A DNA stretch of 32,000 nucleotides, from NCBI GenBank assembly GCA_963704705.1, contig OY969931.1, forward strand, positions 30,001 to 62,000, given 5' to 3'. This document shows positions 1 to 7,527 of the stretch, piece by piece. The notes under the pieces were generated by a model. The model was not told where the DNA came from. It made no database searches and was given only the letters and a program-made list of their open reading frames with translations. Source of the DNA: an uncultured bacterium. GTDB lineage: Bacteria; Patescibacteriota; Gracilibacteria; UBA1369; PNNO01. Made by a program: the position numbers and the translations under genes. Numbering within the stretch: the first letter of the stretch is position 1; every line of letters starts with the position of its first letter.

Positions 1-864
1 GGAACGGCAAAAGGAGATTTAATCGGATATAGTGCAAGCAACACTCCGGCCAGAGTACCTTTAGGGGCACTTAACGGTTATGTTTTAACTCAGGATTCAG
101 CTTCTGCAGCCGGGGTTAAATGGGCTGCACCTTCTGTTATTGACGACTCACTCGATTTTGCGCAGTTCAGTGATTCAATGACGCTTGACGCAAGCACTTC
201 AATAAATCTCGCGGGCCAAAATTTAACAATTAATGACGCGACAGGAGGCGGAGCATTAAAATTGGGCACCGTTGATACAACTGGCACGTTATTTGTTCTT
301 GATACTAAAACAACCGCCGGAGATCCTACCGGCACCAACGGGGCGATGTATTATAACTCCAATTCAAATACAAGGCGCTGTTATGATAACGGAGCATGGA
401 AAAATTGCGATGCCAACGTTGCCAATTATCTGTTTGCGTATGATACTACGGATCAAACCGTATTAAGTACTGGCGCATTTCAAACGATTACTTTTACCAA
501 CCCTTCAGCGGTTGCAAGTGGCTGGACTTACAGCGCAGGTAATTTTACCGCTCCTGCAGCCGGCCTTTATCTAGTACAATATAATGCCGAAGTTGGCAGA
601 GATAACAACGGGGATAGTACAGTTACGATTCGTGCTACAAAAAATGCTGCGGAAATAAGCGGCAGCGCAGCTTTTTCTTCTCCGTCCAAGGGTAATAGAC
701 CGGTCAGATTAATGAATTCTTTCATGGTCAATTTGTCGGCAAGCGATTTGCTTCAACTTCAATTAACAGCAGACGGTACAGGACACAGTGTTGGCTTGTT
801 TTCAAATAATGACTACGGTACAACTAAACCAAGAATAACCCTAACCATAACAAAATTAACTTAA
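1..864 (+). CDS. C-terminal part of a large surface / phage tail-fibre-like protein with a C1q/TNF-like jelly-roll C-terminus (5' end outside window)
   Basis: Frame 1 is open from base 1 through the listed 178..864 ORF (GTAKGDLIGYSASNTPARVPLGALNGYVLTQDS...). It includes the 'GTNGAMYYNSNSNTRRCYDNGAWKNC' motif typical of tail-fibre-like structural proteins. The last ~130 aa (ANYLFAYDTT...FQTITFTN...GNFTAPAAGLYLVQYNAEV) resemble a C1q-like fold. Confidence 0.7.
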   Translation, partial: GTAKGDLIGYSASNTPARVPLGALNGYVLTQDSASAAGVKWAAPSVIDDSLDFAQFSDSMTLDASTSINLAGQNLTINDATGGGALKLGTVDTTGTLFVLDTKTTAGDPTGTNGAMYYNSNSNTRRCYDNGAWKNCDANVANYLFAYDTTDQTVLSTGAFQTITFTNPSAVASGWTYSAGNFTAPAAGLYLVQYNAEVGRDNNGDSTVTIRATKNAAEISGSAAFSSPSKGNRPVRLMNSFMVNLSASDLLQLQLTADGTGHSVGLFSNNDYGTTKPRITLTITKLT

Positions 865-870
865 TATTAT

Positions 871-1314
871 ATGAAATCAAACCTTCTTAAATCCAAAAAA
901 CTAAGTCTCGCAATTAAAATTGTAATAATTTTTATTATTGCTCTAGTTGTTCTTTTTGCAATTTATTTTGCACTTGATCGTGCCGGCGTTATTCAAACTT
1001 ACCAGCTCGGTCTTCAGACGCAGGAACAACAAACTATGCAGCAAGAAGATCAGATGGCATTGGAAAGTCTTAAAAAGATTATACTGTTACCTGATGATTT
1101 TGATCCAACAATAGCTGTTATTAAAGATGCTGAAGCTTTAAAACAAGAGCAGCCTGACTTTTTTGGAAATGCGAAAAATGGCGATCGTGTGATTATTTAT
1201 CCGGATACAGCAATAATTTATGATTATCAGGCAAATAAAATTATTAAAGTAGGGCCTGTGACAATGCAACCTGCGCCAACTGCAGAAGGTGAGAATACCG
1301 AAACACCTCAATAA
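871..1314 (+). CDS. single-pass membrane-anchored hypothetical protein
   Basis: ORF 147 aa; N-terminal TM segment IKIVIIFIIALVVLFAIYFAL; starts 6 nt after the previous stop. Confidence 0.7.
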   Translation: MKSNLLKSKKLSLAIKIVIIFIIALVVLFAIYFALDRAGVIQTYQLGLQTQEQQTMQQEDQMALESLKKIILLPDDFDPTIAVIKDAEALKQEQPDFFGNAKNGDRVIIYPDTAIIYDYQANKIIKVGPVTMQPAPTAEGENTETPQ

Positions 1315-1316
1315 AT

Positions 1317-2318
1317 ATGAAAAAATTTACAGCATTATTCGCGATTATATTTTTTTTATCGTCGACTGTAGCTTTCGCTATCAACGACGTTACCATTACG
1401 GATGTCACAAATTTTGATTTAAATACCGCGGATACAGCGGCAGCAACAACAATCACTGCTGCAACAGGCGGTGTCGCAACAAATCTTTATGTTGAATCAA
1501 ATTATATTGATATTACAATCGACAACCTTTCTGCAATCACTTTTAATACAACCGTTGGTGGAAATTATTTGAAGATCACAAAAGTTTCAGGTTCAAGTGA
1601 TTACACGCTTGTTCCAACATGTCCAACAACGACCGCGACAATTACCGGCACAGGAGCTCAGGTGGTTTTGCGTCTACAGGTTTATACAACAGACCAATGT
1701 ACTGTCGTTGTTCCGCCATCAGGAGGCGGCGGCGGTGGCGGTGGAGGTATTATAAACACTCCTGGAGAATCTGTTTTGAGCTCCCCTTTTATAGACATTG
1801 ATGGGCACTGGGCGGAAGCATACATAAACAAGGTGTATAACCTCGGATATGTTCAGGGATATGAAGACAACACCTTCAAACCCGATCAATACATTACGCG
1901 TGCTGAAGCAGCCAAGTTGATTGCTCTATGGTTTGATAAAAATATAACCAACGCTTCTTGTTTAGCAGATTTCTATTCAGATGTGTCATGTGACGAATGG
2001 TTTGGCGGCTACATAGGGTTTTTGACAGATAAAGGAGTGTTGCAGGGTTATAACGATGGAACTTTTGGTCCCGGATTAAAAGTGACAAGAGCTGAAGCTC
2101 TAAAAATGATGATATATGCTAAAGAGCTTCAAGATATCGACATAGTTGGAGTCAACAATCCGTTCAGCGATATCTTCTTTGAAAACTGGTACTACAACGT
2201 AGTAATGGTCGGATATAAACTTTTGATTGTACAGGGCTATTCAGATGGAACCTTTAGGCCAAACATTTCTATCACACGCGCCGAATACACCAAGATTTTT
2301 AGTGAAACATTTTTGTAG
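1317..2318 (+). CDS. secreted S-layer homology (SLH) domain protein with three SLH repeats and a poly-glycine linker
   Basis: Signal peptide MKKFTALFAIIFFLSSTVAFA; poly-Gly linker; repeats GHWAEAYI...GYEDNTFKPDQYITRAEAAKL, DEWFGGYI...GYNDGTFGPGLKVTRAEALKM, ENWYYNVV...GYSDGTFRPNISITRAEYTKI. Confidence 0.92.
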   Translation: MKKFTALFAIIFFLSSTVAFAINDVTITDVTNFDLNTADTAAATTITAATGGVATNLYVESNYIDITIDNLSAITFNTTVGGNYLKITKVSGSSDYTLVPTCPTTTATITGTGAQVVLRLQVYTTDQCTVVVPPSGGGGGGGGGIINTPGESVLSSPFIDIDGHWAEAYINKVYNLGYVQGYEDNTFKPDQYITRAEAAKLIALWFDKNITNASCLADFYSDVSCDEWFGGYIGFLTDKGVLQGYNDGTFGPGLKVTRAEALKMMIYAKELQDIDIVGVNNPFSDIFFENWYYNVVMVGYKLLIVQGYSDGTFRPNISITRAEYTKIFSETFL

Positions 2319-2331
2319 AATGTAGAATAAA

Positions 2332-3624
2332 TTATTCCATCTTACCAAAGCGCTCTATCGCCTGCGCAAGTTCTACATGGTTCTTTGCATATTCTTTTAT
2401 ACTCTTCTTCTTTTGCCATGCCTCGCATGCCTGCACTAGAGCGGTAGCACCTGCTTTTGTGCCTCCCGGATGCCCATGAACACCTCCGCCCATTGTGGTT
2501 ATAAAATCAACACTTTTGATAACGTCAATAAAAGGTTTTAATTTTGTAGGGTTTAATCCGCCCGAAGCAATTGGAACTGTACCTTTCATTCCATGCCAGT
2601 CCTGGGTAAAGAATTCAGTTTTTGACTTTGGAAGATATGCCGCATTAGCCGCCTGAATATCATCATTTACATCACCTGCCATTTTACCTATACCTGCAGT
2701 TCCTGTATGAACAGCCGAAGCTCCAGCAAGTCTTGCGAATTTAGCAAGGATAGTAGCTGTATATCCAATTGGATTTTCAGGTCTTGTCATTGCTCCATGT
2801 CCTGCTCTGTGGAAGTGGATTACAACATTTGGCCATAATCTTCTTGCTGTCTGAACAGCTGTCCAGCCCGCAGTAATTCCATCAACAAGAAAACAATAGC
2901 TTCCTTTTTTCATCTTTTTAATTATATATTCCGCACGCTTTTTCATTGTCATAAAATCCGGAGAAGAAATATTAAATGAGTGGATTTTTTTATGCCCGGT
3001 TTCTTTTTCCGCCTTATCCATAGCTTTTCGAATTGCATCAACGGTTTTAAAGTAAGGGCAAAAATCCTGATCAGCCTGCGGTTCATCATGCTTAACGAAA
3101 TCTCCTCCGCCACTCCAGAACAAATAAGCTTTATGTGCAAATTCACTTGGTTTTAATCCGATTTTAGGTTTAATAATTGTTCCTAAAATTGGTCTGTTAT
3201 AGACATTTAAATATTTTCGAATATCAGGGAGTGAAACATTAGGTCCGTCATAAGCTTTAAGCATTTCTTTAGGAAACCAAACATCTAAAAGCTTCAAAGC
3301 TTTTATTGTAGACATACCAAAAACATTTCCGGCTATATAAGTCATAATATTTTGGATATTGCCTCCTCTATCAAATATTCTCCATGGATAAGCAATCCAG
3401 ACAAGATTTTTCTTTTTATCAACTTTATAAACTTTTGCATCAAGCCCTACTGATAATTTTGTATCAGTAACTTTTATATTTGAACCAGTGCTTGATTCAG
3501 CTGCAACCTCTGAAGCAGCATCTAAGATATCAATTCCTTTGGCCGGGACAAGATGAAAAACCGACAGGAGATAAGCTCCTGAAGTTAAATTTTTAAGTTT
3601 CAGGTCGATGTACTCTTTTTGCAT
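2332..3624 (-). CDS. rbcL: ribulose-1,5-bisphosphate carboxylase/oxygenase large subunit, form II/III-like
   Basis: Conserved motifs AAESSTGSN, GNVFGM, GTIIKPKIGL, GGDFVKHDEPQ (carbamylated Lys and metal ligands), HFHRAGHGA, HTGTAGIGKMAGD (loop 6 Lys), ASGGLNP, GGGVHGHPGG. Confidence 0.95.
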   Translation of the reverse strand: MQKEYIDLKLKNLTSGAYLLSVFHLVPAKGIDILDAASEVAAESSTGSNIKVTDTKLSVGLDAKVYKVDKKKNLVWIAYPWRIFDRGGNIQNIMTYIAGNVFGMSTIKALKLLDVWFPKEMLKAYDGPNVSLPDIRKYLNVYNRPILGTIIKPKIGLKPSEFAHKAYLFWSGGGDFVKHDEPQADQDFCPYFKTVDAIRKAMDKAEKETGHKKIHSFNISSPDFMTMKKRAEYIIKKMKKGSYCFLVDGITAGWTAVQTARRLWPNVVIHFHRAGHGAMTRPENPIGYTATILAKFARLAGASAVHTGTAGIGKMAGDVNDDIQAANAAYLPKSKTEFFTQDWHGMKGTVPIASGGLNPTKLKPFIDVIKSVDFITTMGGGVHGHPGGTKAGATALVQACEAWQKKKSIKEYAKNHVELAQAIERFGKME

Positions 3625-3650
3625 GATTTTTTGGTTATATATTTTAAAGC

Positions 3651-3656
3651 ATTATA
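3651..3656 (-). promoter_or_regulatory. putative extended -10 element upstream of the RuBisCO gene
   Basis: Minus strand reads TGTGGTATAATGC about 27 nt upstream of the RuBisCO ATG; the -35 is weak. Confidence 0.4.
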
Positions 3657-3674
3657 CCACATTTTTTTCTTTTA

Positions 3675-3712
3675 CAAAAAAATTCCCCTGCCAATTATTT
3701 ATTGGACAGGGG
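3675..3712 (-). terminator. Rho-independent terminator for the minus-strand gene 3728..4114
   Basis: Minus strand: CCCCTGTCCAAT-AAATA-ATTGGCAGGGG followed by AATTTTTTTG; 1-nt bulge in the stem. Confidence 0.8.
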
Positions 3713-3727
3713 AAAAGAGAGTTTCGC

Positions 3728-4114
3728 TTATGCGTAGAATCCGAAATAAAGAAGAACGAGCCCTAAAATCAAAGAACCCGCACCTGCAGCCATAAAGAAA
3801 GCCGCATTTTTAAACCACCCTTCAAAGATTCTAACTGTTTTTGGAAAGACCATAAGCCACACACCTTTTACAAGACCGATCCAACCGATAAGGGTAACAA
3901 GCACAGCCCAGTTTGCTTCCCAAATATTGTGATTTAGGATAATCAAAAGTCCAATCGTAATAGCAATCATACTCCACATGAACATAAAAGTTGTGTCCTT
4001 CATCATGTCAGCAACAACCTTTTGGTAGTATTTTGCATTAAAAAGAAAGCCAAGCCCAAGAGCAACCGCGACTGCCCCATACAGCTGAGCTACAAGCAAT
4101 GCAACAGCATCCAT
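3728..4114 (-). CDS. four-TM integral membrane protein (paralog of 4629..5015)
   Basis: 128 aa, hydrophobic; shares HNIWE..W.V...GW.G..KGV.L...P and C-terminal LILGLVL.YFG.(Y/F)A with the 4629..5015 product. Confidence 0.75.
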   Translation of the reverse strand: MDAVALLVAQLYGAVAVALGLGFLFNAKYYQKVVADMMKDTTFMFMWSMIAITIGLLIILNHNIWEANWAVLVTLIGWIGLVKGVWLMVFPKTVRIFEGWFKNAAFFMAAGAGSLILGLVLLYFGFYA

Positions 4115-4156
4115 ATTTATAAGGTTAAAAAATTAATGAAATTATAACATACTTTG

Positions 4157-4184
4157 TTGACAACTGCCACAATAAAGATATAAT
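4157..4184 (+). promoter_or_regulatory. consensus sigma70-type promoter upstream of 4210..4632
   Basis: TTGACA (4157-4162), 16-nt spacer, TATAAT (4179-4184), 26 nt before the ATG. Confidence 0.7.
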
Positions 4185-4209
4185 AAACTCCTTTTTTTAA
4201 AAAAATTAT

Positions 4210-4632
4210 ATGGGAACAATTGATAAGCTCCCTTTGCCAGATCAGGAAGGTAACTTTGATCCAGCAAAATTCAATAGAGATTTTTTATTGATGGACTCTG
4301 CTCTTGCTGAAGTTGAAGCAATAATAGAGCAAGCCAACAGCACCGGGAATTTAACACAAAGGGCTATTGCAATTAAAAAGGGAGTAGAAATGATTACATA
4401 TATGCTGCATTACCTTGCTCAGGCTTATTATGTTTCAAAAGGCAGGGTTACTCTTTCACCGGTTTTTAAAAATAAGGAATTAAGTTTTCCTTACAGGCCA
4501 CCAGAATTGTGGGATGTAATAGAAGGAAAACAAGCTCCAAGCCATTTAGACATGGAGCCTGTCTCAGATGAGTCACAAGATATAACTTCGGCTGTATTAA
4601 CTCAATTAGATGAGGTGGGTAAAATTGACTAA
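4210..4632 (+). CDS. hypothetical protein
   Basis: 140-aa ORF with a consensus promoter; convergent with and overlapping 4629..5015 by 4 nt. Confidence 0.65.
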   Translation: MGTIDKLPLPDQEGNFDPAKFNRDFLLMDSALAEVEAIIEQANSTGNLTQRAIAIKKGVEMITYMLHYLAQAYYVSKGRVTLSPVFKNKELSFPYRPPELWDVIEGKQAPSHLDMEPVSDESQDITSAVLTQLDEVGKID

Positions 4633-5015
4633 GCGAACCATCCGAAATATCCAAGTACAAGACCGAGAATCAAATAAAATAGTCCTGCAGCAATAAGCAG
4701 GCCTTTTCCCTTGAACCATTTAGATGTCATTTGTCCTGTTTCGCCAGGAAGAAGCAATAACATTACACCTTTAATAACGCCAACCCATCCAAAGATAGTG
4801 ATGATAACAACCCAGCTTGATTCCCAAATATTGTGAACCAATACAACTGCTGTTCCAACCACTAAAGCCAAAATTCCGAAAAAAACCAACATTACCTCGT
4901 CTTTCACGATTTTTTGATACATTTTTTGATAAAAATTTATTTTTATCAACAGCGACAAACCGATCACAACCAAAACTACTCCAAGCAGCTGCGCTAAATA
5001 GAGCGATAGTTCCAT
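4629..5015 (-). CDS. four-TM integral membrane protein (paralog of 3728..4114)
   Basis: 128 aa, same length and motif layout as the 3728..4114 product. Confidence 0.75.
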   Translation of the reverse strand: MELSLYLAQLLGVVLVVIGLSLLIKINFYQKMYQKIVKDEVMLVFFGILALVVGTAVVLVHNIWESSWVVIITIFGWVGVIKGVMLLLLPGETGQMTSKWFKGKGLLIAAGLFYLILGLVLGYFGWFA

Positions 5016-5044
5016 ACCCGTTTGGGTTAAAAAATAAAACTATC

Positions 5045-5482
5045 TTACATTTTATTATAAATTACCTTATAAGGCCAGTCGTCTGAATTTTTAACAAGCC
5101 CCGCTTCAACCGGATTTTCATTTATATAATTATAAACATGCTTGAATGAATTTTTTGTTGCGATTGGTTTATTTTGATATGGCCCCTGAAATACATGCCC
5201 GGAATTATCGTATTTGTAATTAAAATATCTTGCATAGGAAAGATTGAGCAAATGCATAAATTTTGGAATTTTATCAGGTTTTTGCCCACATCTTAGCAGC
5301 AGGTGATAATGGTTTGGCATTAAACAACAAATATATATTTTTATATTTAGAAGCTCTTTAAGCTGCGCAATTTTGAACATAAAAAACCTGTAATCCGACT
5401 CGCTTAAAAACAATTTTTGTTTATAAAATCCGCGATTATATATGTGGTAAGCCGTGTATTTACAAAGGATATTTTTTCTCAT
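5045..5482 (-). mobile_element. Y1/HUH transposase, REP-associated tyrosine transposase (RAYT)-like; CDS of 145 aa
   Basis: Motifs YHIYNRG, MPNHYHLLLR (HUH), NLSYARYFN, GHVFQGPYQNKPI, YINENPVEAGLV...DWPY. Confidence 0.88.
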
Positions 5483-5543
5483 ACCCCCATAATATTCCCC
5501 AATTATTAAGAAATTCTAAAAATTTTCTAAAATATTTTTTTTT

Positions 5544-5572
5544 AGACCAGGTCTGGCCGCCAGACCTGGTCT
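5544..5572. repeat. 29-nt perfect palindrome
   Basis: AGACCAGGTCTGGC-C-GCCAGACCTGGTCT: 14-nt arms around a single central base. Confidence 0.9.
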
Positions 5573-5617
5573 ACCCTTCGAACCTGGTCTGCCCGGTAGA
5601 CTCGGTCTACCCCTCCT
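5546..5617. repeat. four degenerate 18-nt tandem repeat units
   Basis: Units at 5546 ACCAGGTCTGGCCGCCAG, 5564 ACCTGGTCTACCCTTCGA, 5582 ACCTGGTCTGCCCGGTAG, 5600 ACTCGGTCTACCCCTCCT; an inner hairpin GGTAGAC-TCG-GTCTACC lies at 5595-5611. Confidence 0.8.
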
Positions 5618-5688
5618 CATATTTCCTTGTTTTTTAGCTTGGACAAGAGTAAAATATCAGCACTAAACAGCATGTTACACGTACTATA

Positions 5689-7224
5689 ATGAACTTAACT
5701 AATATATTAATAATCGCGGGAGCATTGGTTCTTGGCGCTATTGTAAGCCAGGCTATTTTTCGAAGGATTAATTTTGTTGATATTGCAAAGACAAAACAGA
5801 AAAACGACGAACTTTTACAGCAGGCCAAAGAAGAAGCAGAGCAAATAAAAAGAGAGGCAAATGAAAAAACCCAGAGTGTAAGTCAAAACACAGAAGATAC
5901 GATGAATCAGATGAAAACTCTCATCCATACTATTGAACAAAACGTGAAATTTAAGGAGGAAGCTCTAGAAAGAAAAGAAATGAAAAATGATCACTTGAGA
6001 GGCGCAATAATTGATAATGAAAGCCAAATTAAAGAAAGTGAGGAAAGGCAAATTCAGCTTGAAGAACTTATAAAACAAAGGTTGGCTACCCAGTCAGGAG
6101 AAAAAATTGAAAATCTTAAAATGGCACTTGTTTCGAAATTTGAAAAAGAAATTTCAATGGAAGCAGTTGAAAGAATTTCAAAAAAAGTTGATGAAGTGCG
6201 AGAAAACGCGGAAAAAATAGCAAAAGAAATTATCCGCAGCTCTTTACAAAAATTCAGCGACGAAACTTCGGTTGAGAAAAAAGAAGCAAAAGTTATTGTT
6301 CCTCGCGATGAAGCAAAAGCTGTAATCGTTGGGCCCAATGCAGAAACTGTTAAAAAAATTGAAGAACTTCTGGATATTGACATCGTATTTAACGACGAAC
6401 CTAAAACAATTACAATCGCAACATTCGATCTTTTACGTAAAAATGTTGCCCGGATTACTCTCGAAAAGCTTGTTACAATGCGCTATATCAAAGAGCAGGA
6501 TATAAAAAACGCAATTGCGGCAGCTAAAAAAATTATTGAACAGGATCTTGAAAAAGTCGGAGAAAAAGCAGTTAAAAAAATGGGATTCAAGCGTGAATTT
6601 CCTAAAGATCTTATAAAAATTATCGGTAGACTTAAATATAGAACAAGTTACGGTCAAAACATTTTACTTCATTCTTTTGAGGTAGCTTCAATGGCGGAAC
6701 TTTTAGCGGGAGAGCTTGGACTTGACACTGAAATGGTTAAAATTGCAGCATTTTTTCATGATATCGGAAAAGCGATTGATCAGCATATAGAAGGGTCTTC
6801 GCACGATGTGCTTACCCGTGAAATTATGACCAAATACGGTTGCTTTACTCCTGAAGAAATTCATGCGGCATGGACACACCATGAAGCAGAAACTCCTCAA
6901 ACTCCTGAAGCCAGATTGGTTATGGCATCTGATGCAATCTCTGCTGGCCGACCGGGTGCTCGTCAGGAATCTCTTGATAAATATTTGGAAAGGCTGCATG
7001 CACTGGAGCATATTGCTAGTTCATATAATGGCGTACAAAAATCATTTGCTATTTCAGCTGGACGTGAATTAAGAGTTTTGATTAATCCTGAAGATATTAG
7101 TGATGCTGAAATGGATAAAACAGCAAAAGATATTGCGCAGGAAATAGAAAAAAGCTTAAATTATCCCGGAAAAATTAAAGTTAATTTGATAAGGCGTACA
7201 CGTGCTGTTGACTACGCAAAATAA
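5689..7224 (+). CDS. rny: ribonuclease Y (N-terminal TM, coiled coil, KH, HD domain)
   Basis: N-terminal TM helix, long coiled coil, KH-like segment (VIVGPNAETVKKIEELLDIDIVFNDEPKTITIATFDLLRKNVARITLEKL), HD motif AAFFHDIGKAIDQ, KTYGQNILLHS-like stretch TSYGQNILLHSFEVASM, C-terminal NYPGKIKVNLIRRTRAVDYAK. Confidence 0.95.
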   Translation: MNLTNILIIAGALVLGAIVSQAIFRRINFVDIAKTKQKNDELLQQAKEEAEQIKREANEKTQSVSQNTEDTMNQMKTLIHTIEQNVKFKEEALERKEMKNDHLRGAIIDNESQIKESEERQIQLEELIKQRLATQSGEKIENLKMALVSKFEKEISMEAVERISKKVDEVRENAEKIAKEIIRSSLQKFSDETSVEKKEAKVIVPRDEAKAVIVGPNAETVKKIEELLDIDIVFNDEPKTITIATFDLLRKNVARITLEKLVTMRYIKEQDIKNAIAAAKKIIEQDLEKVGEKAVKKMGFKREFPKDLIKIIGRLKYRTSYGQNILLHSFEVASMAELLAGELGLDTEMVKIAAFFHDIGKAIDQHIEGSSHDVLTREIMTKYGCFTPEEIHAAWTHHEAETPQTPEARLVMASDAISAGRPGARQESLDKYLERLHALEHIASSYNGVQKSFAISAGRELRVLINPEDISDAEMDKTAKDIAQEIEKSLNYPGKIKVNLIRRTRAVDYAK

Positions 7225-7235
7225 TCCTATTAAAT

Positions 7236-7514
7236 ATGTTTGGACGTAAAAAGAAAAAAAAGAAGGGCATGGTTGATAAACTCGTGATGGGTGCAATCAT
7301 AGGCGGCGCAATCGGATCGGTTGTTGGAATGACAGTGGCGCCGAAAAAAGGAGACGAAACCCGAAAGTATCTTAAGGAAAAAGGAAAAGAAGCATATGAA
7401 AAAGGAAAAGAATTTATAAACGAACACGAAGGAGATTTTGATAATTTAAAAGAACAGGCTAAAGACAAGGGCGGCAGAGTATGGAAATCTGCAAAATCAA
7501 TATTCCGAAAATAG
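7236..7514 (+). CDS. YtxH-like small protein
   Basis: Glycine-rich hydrophobic segment AIIGGAIGSVVGMTVAPKKGDETRKYLKEKGKEAYEKGKEF. Confidence 0.7.
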   Translation: MFGRKKKKKKGMVDKLVMGAIIGGAIGSVVGMTVAPKKGDETRKYLKEKGKEAYEKGKEFINEHEGDFDNLKEQAKDKGGRVWKSAKSIFRK

Positions 7515-7527
7515 CAATGTACAAGCT

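Noticed and set aside
2949-3146. Minus-strand ORF within RuBisCO
   Set aside because: Out-of-frame overlap of a well-supported enzyme gene.
5544-5572. Perfect palindrome considered as a Rho-independent terminator
   Set aside because: The T-run lies 5' of the hairpin on the + strand (so A-run 3' on the - strand). Neither strand has a hairpin followed by a U-tract.
5685-5690. TATAAT immediately before rny as a -10 box
   Set aside because: It overlaps the rny start codon (ATG at 5689), so transcription from it would begin inside the gene.
6054-7011. Antisense ORFs 6054..6383, 6433..6657, 6703..7011 over rny, and similar ones over holB, infC, trxB and the VanW gene
   Set aside because: They mirror strongly conserved genes and have no independent motifs; typical shadow ORFs.
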